Positions 49,501-61,301 of a stretch of DNA of 64,000 bases are shown one piece after another. Each line of letters opens with the position of its first letter. Position 1 is the stretch's first letter. The notes under the pieces were generated by a model. The model was not told the origin of the DNA. It saw only the letters and a program-made list of their open reading frames with translations, and ran no database searches. The position numbers were made by a program, and so were the translations under genes. The stretch covers positions 620,001 through 684,000 of the forward strand of contig AP026131.1 in the NCBI GenBank assembly GCA_030295235.1, given 5' to 3'. This DNA is from Fistulifera solaris (taxonomy: Eukaryota).

Positions 49501-52500
49501 CAAGCTTCTGATTTTAGCGCTTGAACGTCTCAAGGAGAATTACGGTTTACAGATAAGACTCAATAGTGCAGCCAGGGAAGAACTTGCTCTGATTGAGCAG
49601 GCTTATGATAATCCTCATGAAGCACTCTCGCGTATTAAACGGCATCTTCTGACGCAGAGAACTTTCAAAGAGGTCTCAATTGAATTTATGGATATGTATG
49701 AATACTTGTCGCCCTGTTACACGATCGAGCCTCTTGAAAAAATCACCGATTCGTATTTGGATCAGTACCTGTGGTACGAGTCGGATAAAAGACACTTGTT
49801 TCCCAGCTGGATCAAACCTGCTGATTCTGAGCCACCGCCGCTGCTTGTGTACAAATGGTGCCAGGGAATCAACAACTTGGAAAATGTTTGGCAGATTGAC
49901 GGCAACGGCGACAGTCTTGTTCTGCTTCAGTCAAAGTTTGAAAAGTTTCATGAAAAGATTGATCTGACCCTTTTGAATCGCTTGCTGCGATTGATTGTCG
50001 ATCACAACATAGCTGACTACATGACCGCCAAGAATAATGTGAGCATCTCATACAAGGACATGTTGCACACCAACTCGTATGGATTGATTCGTGGTTTACA
50101 ATTTTCGTCATTCATCGTTCAGTACTACGGATTGGTTCTTGACTTGCTTGTTCTTGGTCTCAATCGCGCAAGCGAAATTGCTGGACCACCGCAACGTCCA
50201 AACGAATATCTCACATTTGCAGACATTGAGACGGAAGTCAATCACCCCATTCGCCTGTATACCAGGTACTTCGACCAGATTTACATGCTGGTGAAGTTTG
50301 ACACTAACGAAAGCAAAGACTTGATTCAGCGCTATTTGATTGAGCACCCAGATCCGAACAACGAAAACGCCGTGGGCTATCGGAATAAGAAATGCTGGCC
50401 AAGGGATTGTCGTATGAGACTTCTGAAACGAGACGTCAACCTTGGTAGAGCTGTGTTCTGGGATATGAAGAATCGACTGCCAAGAAGTATCACAAGTCTT
50501 GATTGGGACGAATCTTTTGTCAGTGTATACAGCGCTGATAATCCAAACCTCTTGTTTGACATGTGCGGTTTCGAGGTACGCATCCAGCCAGTCGGGGCGC
50601 ACAGACCAACGCCGCACGGCTCTGCGGTGCCCTCGCAACAAACAACCACCTACAAAGATGGTGTTTGGAATTTGCAGAATGAATCGACAAAGGAGATGAC
50701 CGCTCAAGCGCATCTCCGCGTAGAGGAAAGTGCTGTTCGCGCCTTCGATAACAGAATTCGTCAGATACTGATGAGTAGCGGAGCAACCACTTTCACGAAA
50801 ATTGCCAACAAGTGGAACACGGCCATAATAGGTCTTATGACCTATTATCGAGAAGCTGTCTTGAATACGCAGGAGCTTCTTGATTTGCTTGTAAAGAACG
50901 AAAACAAGATTCAAACGAGAATCAAAATCGGCCTGAACAGTAAGATGCCTAGTCGCTTCCCTCCAGTCGTCTTCTACTGCCCCAAGGAACTTGGCGGCCT
51001 TGGTATGCTATCCATGGGTCACGTTCTAATTCCTCAAAGTGATCTTCGATACAGTAAGCAGACTGACACGGGAGTTACGCATTTTCGGTCCGGCTTGAGC
51101 CACGATGCGGACCAGCTTATCCCCACTTTGTTTCGCTATTTACAACCGTGGGAAAGTGAATTTGTCGACTCTCAGCGTGTATGGGCAGAATATGCTTTAA
51201 AGCGCCAAGAGGCTAATGCTCAAAACCGTCGTCTGACTCTTGAAGACCTAGAAGACTCTTGGAACAGAGGTACGTCGTCCAATTTTGTGCACAAATTATT
51301 ATCGACTCGTTTTCTTAACCAGGTGATTTGCCTTTTACAGGTATTCCGCGCATCAACACGCTTTTTTCGAAGGATCGACACACGCTGGCGTACGACCGTG
51401 GTTGGCGCTGCAGAGAGGAAATGAAGAAGTACCATATTCTACGTGTCAATCCCTTCTGGTGGACTCATCAGCGTCATGATGGTAAACTGTGGAATCTTAA
51501 TGCGTACCGTACAGATATGATTCAGGCACTCGGGGGTGTCGAAGGTATATTGGAACACAGTCTTTTTAAAGGAACGTATTTTCCGACCTGGGAAGGTCTC
51601 TTTTGGGAAAAGGCGTCTGGTTTCGAGGAAAGTATGAAATTCAAGAAACTAACAAACGCACAAAGATCAGGTCTCACTCAGATTCCGAATCGACGTTTTA
51701 CACTCTGGTGGTCTCCGACGATTAACCGAGCTAATGTGTACGTTGGCTTCCAGGTTCAATTGGATTTAACGGGAATCTTTATGCATGGAAAGATTCCAAC
51801 TTTGAAGATCTCTTTGATTCAGATCTTCCGCGCTCACTTGTGGCAAAAGATTCACGAGAGTATCGTAATGGATATTGTCCAGGTGTTCGACCAAGAACTG
51901 GATTCACTTGAGATCGAAAGCGTTCAGAAAGAGACAATTCACCCGCGAAAGTCCTACAAGATGAACAGCAGCTGCGCAGATCTTGTCCTCTTTGCCGCTT
52001 ATAAATGGCAAGTGTCAAAACCTAGCCTTCTTCATGACCCTAGAGACGATTACGATGGCACAACCACCAACAAGTTCTGGATTGACGTTCAACTTCGTTG
52101 GGGTGACTTTGATTCACATGACATTGAACGTTACGCCCGAGCCAAGTTTCTTGACTACACTACGGATAACATGAGTATCTATCCATCGCCGACGGGTTGT
52201 CTTATAGCAATCGATCTCGCGTATTCCCTTTACAGTGGTTTTGGGAACTACATCCCAGGCGGAAAGCCACTTTTACAGCAAGCAATGGCGAAGATAATTA
52301 AGGCGAACCCTGCTTTATATGTTCTACGTGAACGCATCAGAAAGGGTTTGCAACTTTATTCGAGTGAGCCAACAGAACCCTACTTGAGCTCCCAGAACTA
52401 CGGCGAGCTTTTCTCCAACCAAGTCATCTGGTTCGTGGACGATACTAACGTCTACCGCGTTACAATCCATAAAACTTTTGAAGGGAACCTTACCACTAAG

Positions 52501-54143
52501 CCTATCAATGGTGCAATTTTTATTTTTAACCCAAGGACTGGACAGTTGTTCCTCAAAATTATTCACACCAGCGTCTGGGCTGGCCAGAAACGACTGTCAC
52601 AGCTAGCCAAGTGGAAGACAGCTGAGGAAGTAGCAGCGCTGATTCGTTCTCTCCCCATTGAAGAGCAGCCCAAACAAATTATTGTAACACGAAAGGGTAT
52701 GCTCGACCCGCTCGAAGTCCATTGCCTCGATTTTCCCAATATTGTTCTAAAGGGATCTGAACTTCAGCTGCCCTTTCAAGCAGCTTTGAAAGTTGAAAAG
52801 CTCGGTGACTTGATTTTACGAGCAACTGAACCACAGATGGTCCTTTTTAACATCTACGACGATTGGCTGAAGAGCATATCATCATACACGGCCTTTTCGC
52901 GGCTAATCTTAATCCTTCGAGGTCTCCACGTGAACACAGATCGCGTCAAACAAATTTTACGACCGGATAACAGTGTTGTCACGGAACCGCACCATATCTG
53001 GCCGACGCTGACGGATGAGCAGTGGATCAAAATCGAAATTGCTTTGAAAGATCTTATTCTTGCGGACTACGGCAAGAAAAACAATGTTAATGTATCGAGT
53101 TTAACTCAGAGTGAGATCCGAGATATAATATTAGGAATGGAAATCGCTCCGCCGTCGGTGCAACGACAGCAAGTGGCCGAGATTGAGGCACAAGCTCGCG
53201 AACAGTCGCAGATGACAGCCACTACTACGAAAACAACAAATGTGCATGGTGAACAAATCGTTGTCACGACTACGACGCAGTATGAGGCCGCCACTTTTCA
53301 AAGCAAGACCGACTGGCGTGTACGCGCAATCAGCGCGACGAACTTGCATTTGCGAACGAAACACATTTACGTTTCTTCAGAGGACATATCCGAGGATGGT
53401 TTGACTTATGTCCTTCCTAAAAATATCCTGTCGAAGTTTATTACGATAGCTGACTTGCGCACACAGATAGCTGGATACCTGTACGGTGTTCAACCTGAAG
53501 ACAACGATCAGGTTAGAGAAGTTCGATGCATTGTTCTGGTTCCTCAAGTCGGCAACCACCAAAGCGTCACCCTACCGAAGAGGCTCCCGGAGAAAGATGA
53601 TCCTCTTCTAAAGGGCTTGAACCACTGGGCTGGATACACACCCAACCCAATGAACTTATCCAGAATGGTATGCAAATATTACCAGCTCCGGATGTCGTGA
53701 TGCATGCAGCAGTCATAGAAGATAACCCAGGAGCTTGGACGGGCAAACATGAAATTGTGATCACCACCTCGTTCACACAAGGCTCTTGCTCACTAACCGC
53801 CTACACGATCACCGAGGCGGGCTTAGAGTGGGGTAAGAAAAGCCGAAACATACCAGGCGGTGTTGCAAATGCAGAAAACTACACCTCTGATTGTTTTGAG
53901 AAAGTGCAGATGCTGTTGAGTGACCGCTTCAAAGGCTTTTTCCTGGTTCCCCAAGGAACTGCATGGAATTACAACTTTCAAGGAGTAAAGCACAGCGTTG
54001 GTATGGATTACAGCCTCAAAATGGAAGTCCCGCAACCATTTTACGCCGAATGCCACCGACCGCAGCACTTCTTGTCGTTTGTGCAAATGGAAGGAGAAGA
54101 AAATGATGACGATGGAGCCGATTTGGACGACTTTTTGTCGTAA
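46517..54143 (+). CDS. PRP8: Pre-mRNA splicing factor 8 (U5 snRNP core protein)
   Basis: Highly conserved blocks: [65 protein letters not shown]. Intron 51270-51340. Single-base indels near 46633, 49168 and 53619. Start inferred at ATG 46517. Confidence 0.96.
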
Positions 54144-54236
54144 GTGCGTTAAGTAAATATTATTGATTATCTCCACATAATAGTTTCAAAAATAAATATG
54201 TGCATAGTTGTTGTTCGCTGTTCAGTAAACATAAAA

Positions 54237-56675
54237 TTACAACTCGTCGCCATCTTCTTCGCAACCTTTCCTTATGACTGAGCCAAATATTTGTTCCACA
54301 TTGACATCAACATCAACCCCAGATCGATTCATCGCCTCTGAGACTACGAGGAAACTTTCGGAAGGCACTGAATGCGATACCATCCACGAAAAAAAGCCAG
54401 AGCAGAACTCTGTTTTTGCTGTCCTGCAAGGTCGAGAACCAGCAAATGAAGTCGGTACAAGTCATATTTCGGAGCACCACAAGCATCAGCAACTCCATTT
54501 CTTCATTTAAACGAGCTTTTGTATTAGGAAATTCAAGCGTTTGAACACACGTCTGAATGGCGGGGATCAGATTGACCTTTAATGAAAAGCGATACGATCG
54601 AATGGCTTTACATGCAGAAACAACAACTTTTTCGTTGTCCCCTTGTTCGAGGACTTTAATGAGAGTATTCAACACACCTCCGCAATCTAGAACTTCTCGA
54701 CTAAGGCATTGAAAAATGACAGCTATCGAGTTGCATGAGCCCCAACAATGCTTTTTCCGCGCAGATCGCTGTTTCCAACTTAAAACGAGATCGTTTGGGT
54801 TGCTCGGCAAACAACTTTGCATTCGCCGTTCAAGTGCGTGGACGATCTTAACAACGTAAGGTACAAGTTGCTCAACGTCTGATTGCGTCAAGAAAAGTGA
54901 CGCTATTTGGCCAATGGATCGAATGGCATTATTTATGACCTTTTCATTGGCGTCTTCTTGTAATTTCTCGAGACATTGAACTGAGACGTTAATCCACAAT
55001 GGTATTGACTGCAGACTCGCTCCACTAGAACGCAATGCAAAGGACAAATTACCGACAACAAACAGTGCCATACATCGAACTAGAGCATTCTTGTCGTCCA
55101 TGATAGTTCTGACAGCTTGAAGAATTTTGTGCTGTCGAATGTGCATAGCGTTCGTGTCCATGAATAGGTTGGTGCACACATTGCCTAGCCCTTTCAAACT
55201 GACGGTACGCCATTTTGCACTGATTCCCTGATCGGTGCAAATTAATGAAATGCTTTCTAATATATTGTCGATGTTCTCCTGTCGTGCCCAATCTTCGGCA
55301 CGCATGTACCCACAACACGAACAAGCCGTAGCTGCAGTGGAATGATCTTCCGCTAAACCAACCAGGATGTGATCCCACCAAGCGGATGGTATGATACGAT
55401 GACATGAGTCCTCCGAAAAGCGACCTTTCAGTGTCGCTTCCATCAAATCGTATCCGCATTTCTCTCCGTGGAGAGCGAACAGCGTGTCTTGAAATTGATG
55501 CCATAGCACATCGTGATAAGCGAACATGACGTAATTCGAAGTCAAAATAGAGCACAAAACAGGTTGCAACGAATTCATTTCTAGTCGATTCCGATTCTCC
55601 TGAAAGAGTTGTAAAAGTTCTGTGACCCATTGAATCCCACGATCCGAAGTCATCCATACTTTGATAAAAGGACTCATAGCAGTTTCACTTCCTTCTGGAG
55701 TTACTTGTCCGCCGCACAATTCGAGAAAGATAGCCCGTACTTCTTTGTCTGAAAGAGAGTCAGTCAACGAAATAATGATGTCGTCAAAAGGACTTTGCAG
55801 CTTCTCCTGCCAAGGAATATACCGTAACAGCGTTTGTATCAACGAAAGAACTTCTCGCGATTTTTCTCGTTGAAAGCAACAGTAAGCGACTCGCAACGCG
55901 GAATCGATTCCTTGCACAAGGCGTAGTGCAAAAGCACCTTTTGGCTTAACCACAGCGTCAAGGGCCAGTGCTGGATCGCCAGTGTCAAGATTGATGCCGC
56001 CAATGTCGTTTCGGAATGCATCCTGTGCAAGAATTGACTCGACTCGCACACACGATTTTCGATGATATCTTTTTGAAATAGCAACACGTTCGCAAAGGCC
56101 CGACATGTATCTGGATGTCGTTGTAAAAAGGCCCACAAGACATCGAGTCGTTTCGTCCCATATTGCAGCATAAATGATACCGGCACATCACAAAATGTCC
56201 CGTTGGCGTGTTTTTTTGTTCCTTCGAGTGTACGGGCAACTTGCAAGGCTCGTAAAAGACATCCCCAGTAACAAGACGTATTGTTGAAAGACAAATCTTC
56301 TTGTAGCTTTCGTTGTAATGTGCGAAATAATAAGAGACGCGTCGGATTAGGAGACGTCAATTCTTCGATGATTCCGTTCTGCTCCACCGTTTCTGTAACA
56401 GGAGCCATCAATGCAGCGGGATACCGATCGAGTGCATCTTGAATGCTCGAACAAAGATTGTCGTTGGAATGCAAGAGGTTTTCGTGTAAAGTCTGCACGG
56501 CGTCACTGGCGGTTCCGTGAATTGTTGCATTGTGGAATGAACGTCTACCCGACATGTTCCACGGCGAGGTTATGAAATAAGTGCTGAATGCCGCATGATG
56601 ATGAGTGTTGGAAGTTCGCAGCAAGGAGCTTTTGCCATGTCTTATGATCGCATCCGCAATGGTCAAATTTTTCAT
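54237..56675 (-). CDS. HEAT/ARM-repeat protein (HEATR6-like)
   Basis: Helical repeats DKNALVRCMALFVVGNL, NEKVINNAIRSIG and KHCWGSCNSI. Two overlapping long ORFs imply a frameshift near 55950. A second frameshift near 54390 gives the ending ..DGDEL*. Start uncertain. Confidence 0.65.
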
Positions 56676-56694
56676 AAAAGGCGTGTACACGAAA

Positions 56695-57706
56695 GACGCG
56701 AGAAATGGTGTGACCGAAAATTACCCAATATCCGGGTGCCCCCTCTGTCGATAAATTTCCCCACGAGAGCTACGTGGAACTGCGTAGACATTCGAAGCGT
56801 TGCATCATTCGTTCCATCAACGATTTGCGTTCAACTCAAAATCATTTATTGCTAACCAGTACGAATGAAATACGGTGGACAAGGAAACGTTAACATCTGG
56901 ACACTTTAAATCGGTGAATTGGATGATGGCGAAAAACACAATATCCGGGTACCCCTGCAGAGATAAATTTCCTACGGCGGCTACGTACTATGCGCGCGCA
57001 GACATTCGATGCGTTGGATCTTTCTCCCGTTTCATGTTTCACAGTCCAATCAAGGTAGATTAATGTTTTTAATGTTTTATAGCACGCATAAGCGATGTTG
57101 GGCAAAGTCTTGTTGACATTGGTGTCGAAACGACGCGAGAAATGGTGTGACCGAAATTACCCATTATCCGGGTGCCCCCTCTGTCGATAAATTTCCCTAC
57201 GAGAGCTACGTGGAACTGCGTAGACATTCGAAGCGTTGCATCATTCGTTCCATCAACGTTCTGTTTTCAAATCGATGGCGTTCATTGCGCTTTGACACGA
57301 AGCAAATACGGTGGACAAGGAAACGTTAACATCTGGGCACTTAAAATCGGTGAATTGGATGATGGCGAAAAACACAATATCCGGGTACCCCTGCAGAGAT
57401 AAATTTCCTACGGCGGCTACGTAGAATGCGCGTAGACATTCGATGCGTTGGATCTTTCTCCCGTTTCATGTTTCACAGTCCAATCAAGGTAGATTAATGT
57501 TTTTAATGTTTTATAGCACGCATAAGCGATGTTGGGCAAAGTCTTGTTGACATTGGTGTCGAAACGACGCGAGAAATGGTGTGACCGAAAATTACCCCAT
57601 TATCCGGGTGCCCCCTTTGTCGATAAATTTCCCTACGAGAGCTACGTGGAACGGCGTAGACATTCGAAGCAAGGCAAAAGATTCGAAGCGTTGCATCATT
57701 CGTTCC
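56695..57706 (+). repeat. Tandem array: ~435-bp unit (2.3 copies), each carrying two diverged versions (A and B) of a ~100-nt hairpin-rich core
   Basis: GACGCGAGAAATGGTGTGACCGAAA at 56695, 57132 and 57566. Cores at about 56704 (A), 56921 (B), 57141 (A), 57357 (B) and 57575 (A). Confidence 0.93.
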
Positions 57707-58023
57707 TAAACCTGAACGCTACTGGTATATCATTTTCGTTGACGCACCAAGCGCACTTTTCGGGGTTCGCATTGTTTTTGTTATTCTTGACGGCGATCTT
57801 CTCGAATGTCATTCCTCTTGATGCGAACCACAATCAAATCATGCGAAGCCTCCCATCCAAGTCATCTTTTCTTCAGAATGGGTGACTTGGAACGCCCGCA
57901 GCGGCTTTGCCTTATTTGCACATAAAATCAAATCATCATTCAATAACAAAGCATTCGAACGAGACACCACTATTGACAAAGCAAACAATTCATCGGTAGC
58001 GCTCTCAACACAACTAAAAACAC

Positions 58024-60096
58024 ATGATTTTCGCGGCTCTGTTCCCTGTCTTACCACCTCTACTCGGTTACTCATCGGTAGGTATCCTTGTACTACTTCT
58101 TCTCGTTGCGCGCTGGGTGCGAAAATGGAGCCAAATCCCCGGCACGCATCTGACGAAAGATCAAATTCATCCCATGCGCGCGGAACACTTTACCTCGGAG
58201 AAAGTCGACCCTTCTGTCGTCTGGGATACGATTGTCATCGGATCGGGTTCCGGTGGCTGCGCCTGTGCGAATTTGTTGGCGCAAGCGGGTCAACGCGTCC
58301 TCATCCTCGAGCAGCATCCCGATCGAAGTGGTGGTTGTACCCATTCCTTTCGCCAACAGAATTGTGAATGGGACACCGGATTGCATTACACCAGTACTTG
58401 TATGAGTGATGCCACTCAGCGAGCCGGGGCGTTGTTGCATTTCATGACCAAAGGATTACAAAAATGGAAACAGTTGCCGGATCCCTACGATCAGGTGGTG
58501 TTTCCCACATCAGGTGACGGAGATTCCCAGCAGCCGCCCGTCTATTACTCGTTCGTACAAGGCGCAGACGCGACAATTGAGTCCATATTGAAGGATATGG
58601 ATCTTTCAACGTCATACCTTTCCATCGACATTCTTCGAGATCGTTGCGAGGAATGGATGAAGTTGTGCCGACTCATCAACGATGGATTTACGGCATTGGG
58701 TTTGTCGAGAATACTTCCACCGTTTCTACATTTTCTCCTTGGTCGTCGACTCAATCAGCTCTACAAGCTTGCATCCTATACGGTCCGAGACGTTCAATAT
58801 GCCGTCTTCAACTTGGGCTACACTAAGGCTGATCTGTTGAGCGTGAAACAATGCCCCACCGCTCCACCAGGCGCCGAGCCGGATCCCGTGCTGCGACGCC
58901 TCAAGGCAGTACTGACCCATCCCATTGGAGATTACGCCGTCCAACCTCGTGACGCCACCTTTGCCGCGCACGGTATCACTATGGCCCATTACATGGAAGG
59001 AGCTTCGTATACGGTCGGACCGACACAAAACATTTCCATTCGTAGCACGTCCGTAGTCCGGGCGCTCCGCGGTGAAATTTGGGTGGACGCTACTGTCAAA
59101 GAAATCATCTTGGATGAGAAGACGGGTCGTGCCATCGGTGTGAAAGTTCAAAGTACAAGTCAGCTGGCTGAGTGGAAGAAATTCTGCGAAGAGGGAAAAG
59201 AAGTACCTCCGCCCGCTGAAGTCGAGATCCGTGCACGAAAAGCTGTGGTCTGTGCTACAGGTGTCTACAATCTTTACAACAAGCTCCTACCACCACAACA
59301 TCCCGTGGTGCAATCGTTTCAGCAGTGTCCCTCTCAACGCAGCATTGAGCCGAGCAACGGTCACATCTTTTTGTTCTGTAAAATCAAAGGCGATGCGGCT
59401 ACGTTGAAATTACCAGAGCACAATGTTTGGTACTTCAATGACGATGATATGGACGGTGCCTTCGACCGATACTTCGCCAATCCGACCGAGCATCGTCCAC
59501 CCACCGTGTATATCGGTTTCCCGTGCACCAAGGATCCTACGTGGCCTCAAAGATTCCCTGGGGTGAGCAACTGCATTTTGATTTCGGATGGGTTATGGGA
59601 ATGGTTTACCCCGTGGGAGAATAAGCCCGTTCATCTCCGCGGATCGGAGTACGAAGCGTTCAAAGAGAAGTTGGCTCGACATCTTTTGGATATTCTTTTG
59701 GAGTCGGTGCCACAGCTTTCCATGGATCAAATCGAATACTGGACACTTGGTACGCCACTGTCTGAAGTGACCTACCTGTCTTCATATCACGGTGGAAGTT
59801 ACGGTACCAAATGTACACCGGAAATGTTCGCGACTATCAATCGTGGCTGGACGACCAACCCACGAACATCGATACCAGGATTGTTTGTGGCCGGAAGTGA
59901 CGCGTTTCTCCCTGCTGTCTGTGGTGCTATGTACGGTGGATGCTTAGGTGCAAGCGCGGTATTGGGTTGGACGGGATCACTCCGACTCTTCCTGGGTTTC
60001 TGGAACTACTACGCAACAATTATTCTAGAAGAATCCCCGAAGTTGTCGAAATGGCAAGCTTACCGCTTGGCCTTTCGAAGATTTGTGAGCGACTAG
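58024..60096 (+). CDS. FAD-dependent oxidoreductase of the phytoene dehydrogenase / all-trans-retinol 13,14-reductase (RETSAT-like) family
   Basis: N-terminal TM anchor, DTIVIGSGSGG..VLILEQH..GGCTHSF..EWDTGLHY, YIGFPCTKDP, GTPLS..GGSYG, PRTSIPGLFVAGSD. Confidence 0.85.
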   Translation: MIFAALFPVLPPLLGYSSVGILVLLLLVARWVRKWSQIPGTHLTKDQIHPMRAEHFTSEKVDPSVVWDTIVIGSGSGGCACANLLAQAGQRVLILEQHPDRSGGCTHSFRQQNCEWDTGLHYTSTCMSDATQRAGALLHFMTKGLQKWKQLPDPYDQVVFPTSGDGDSQQPPVYYSFVQGADATIESILKDMDLSTSYLSIDILRDRCEEWMKLCRLINDGFTALGLSRILPPFLHFLLGRRLNQLYKLASYTVRDVQYAVFNLGYTKADLLSVKQCPTAPPGAEPDPVLRRLKAVLTHPIGDYAVQPRDATFAAHGITMAHYMEGASYTVGPTQNISIRSTSVVRALRGEIWVDATVKEIILDEKTGRAIGVKVQSTSQLAEWKKFCEEGKEVPPPAEVEIRARKAVVCATGVYNLYNKLLPPQHPVVQSFQQCPSQRSIEPSNGHIFLFCKIKGDAATLKLPEHNVWYFNDDDMDGAFDRYFANPTEHRPPTVYIGFPCTKDPTWPQRFPGVSNCILISDGLWEWFTPWENKPVHLRGSEYEAFKEKLARHLLDILLESVPQLSMDQIEYWTLGTPLSEVTYLSSYHGGSYGTKCTPEMFATINRGWTTNPRTSIPGLFVAGSDAFLPAVCGAMYGGCLGASAVLGWTGSLRLFLGFWNYYATIILEESPKLSKWQAYRLAFRRFVSD

Positions 60097-61301
60097 AGAG
60101 ACATGAACTCAACGTGCTTTTGCAGCATGGGAGCATTCCTCACATCCACGAATTATATATTTCATATAACTAAATCTTCGTTTTATTTTGCCTACAGAGA
60201 ATCTTGCTGAATACAGAGAGCGCCGACGAAGGACGTCGTAGGTTCTGCAGCTTCTTTTCACTTAACGCTTCATCGAACTTTGGACCTTCCGAAACCAGTT
60301 ACATTAGGCTTTTGCTTGGGACGACGAGAGTTCTACGGATTGCACACACCTTCAGCGTCAAAAAGGGATGAAAGAAAACCAAGAATATGAAAACTTTTTC
60401 GTTACCCTCCAATATTTTTGATCATCACGCACAGCCCACCGCCATCCCTTACTGGCAACATGGCCATGATGTGGAGCTTAAGAACATCGACAAAGTGAGC
60501 AGGGTCGTCGAAGCCTCGAAGCTCGAAGCTGTTCATTTTTCGTTTTTGTTTTTCGTTCTTCTGCACTCCATCTTTTTTATCTTCCTGTTTTTCGGAGTTT
60601 TGGTGGCCGAGAGTACAGTAAATATATATAGTCCTCCAAAGTGCGGAGATTTTCTACTCTAGAAACTTGGAACGACTGACCACACTATATTCTACAATGT
60701 ATGAGGTATTTAGAAAGATAAAGAAAGTGTAAGGAGGAAGAAGTCGTAGTACTGAAGAGTCAGGACGGAAATCAGTTCGCCAGTTGTTCTTTGATTCCGA
60801 TTTCTACTTACTACATTATACTAAAATAGTTCTTTTCTGTTCATTAAGCTTCGAGCACTACACGCTGAGTACCACTTGATACTACTTATATCATACAGCA
60901 TGTGAGGAAAGACACTCTAGTACATTAGAGGCTTATCCTCACAATAACTAGCTGAACATCGCAGGAATTTTCGAAAGAAGCTAAGGACATTTCGATAGTC
61001 TGGCATCTCCCGTTGGAGCCTAGTTGACACTTGACACACACACATTTCGATAGTTTACTGTAGTCTGTTTTGAGTCACAAACTTTGGACAAGTGCCCTTT
61101 TCCGCTTTTGCGGGCCTTCGGGCTTCGGATCGTGCTGCTCCTTCTCTCCTTGCACACTCGACTTGCCTTCGCTATGAAAGGACGAGTTTTATCAACAAAG
61201 GAGCGGAATCAATTGTCTTCAAGCTTTTCGTTTCTCGATTCTTTTATGGTTGATTCCAACAAGTAGTGAAAGGAGATCGAAAAACAAAAGATATCCTCGA
61301 G

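Noticed and set aside
51592..51636. Intein in PRP8
   Set aside because: The known fungal insertion site reads [10 protein letters not shown] contiguously, and no large insertion is seen elsewhere in the conserved core.
46517..54143. Programmed ribosomal frameshifting or pseudogenisation of PRP8 and other genes
   Set aside because: No shared slippery motif, shifts go in both directions, and sites coincide with homopolymers. Sequencing error is more parsimonious.
56704..57700. Hammerhead ribozyme, tRNA or snRNA identity for the array core
   Set aside because: CGAAA is present but there is no CUGANGA. The A-box and B-box resemblance is weak, and no tRNA arm geometry, Sm site or U-snRNA signature was found.
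56595..57885. Short ORFs across the tandem array (e.g. ..SVDKFPYESY..)
   Set aside because: The reading frame is not preserved between copies. The peptide similarity merely reflects the DNA repeat.
15438..60096. Isoprenoid/sterol biosynthetic gene cluster (prenyl synthase, desaturase, RETSAT-like)
   Set aside because: The genes are 15-25 kb apart, separated by unrelated housekeeping genes, and predicted for different compartments.
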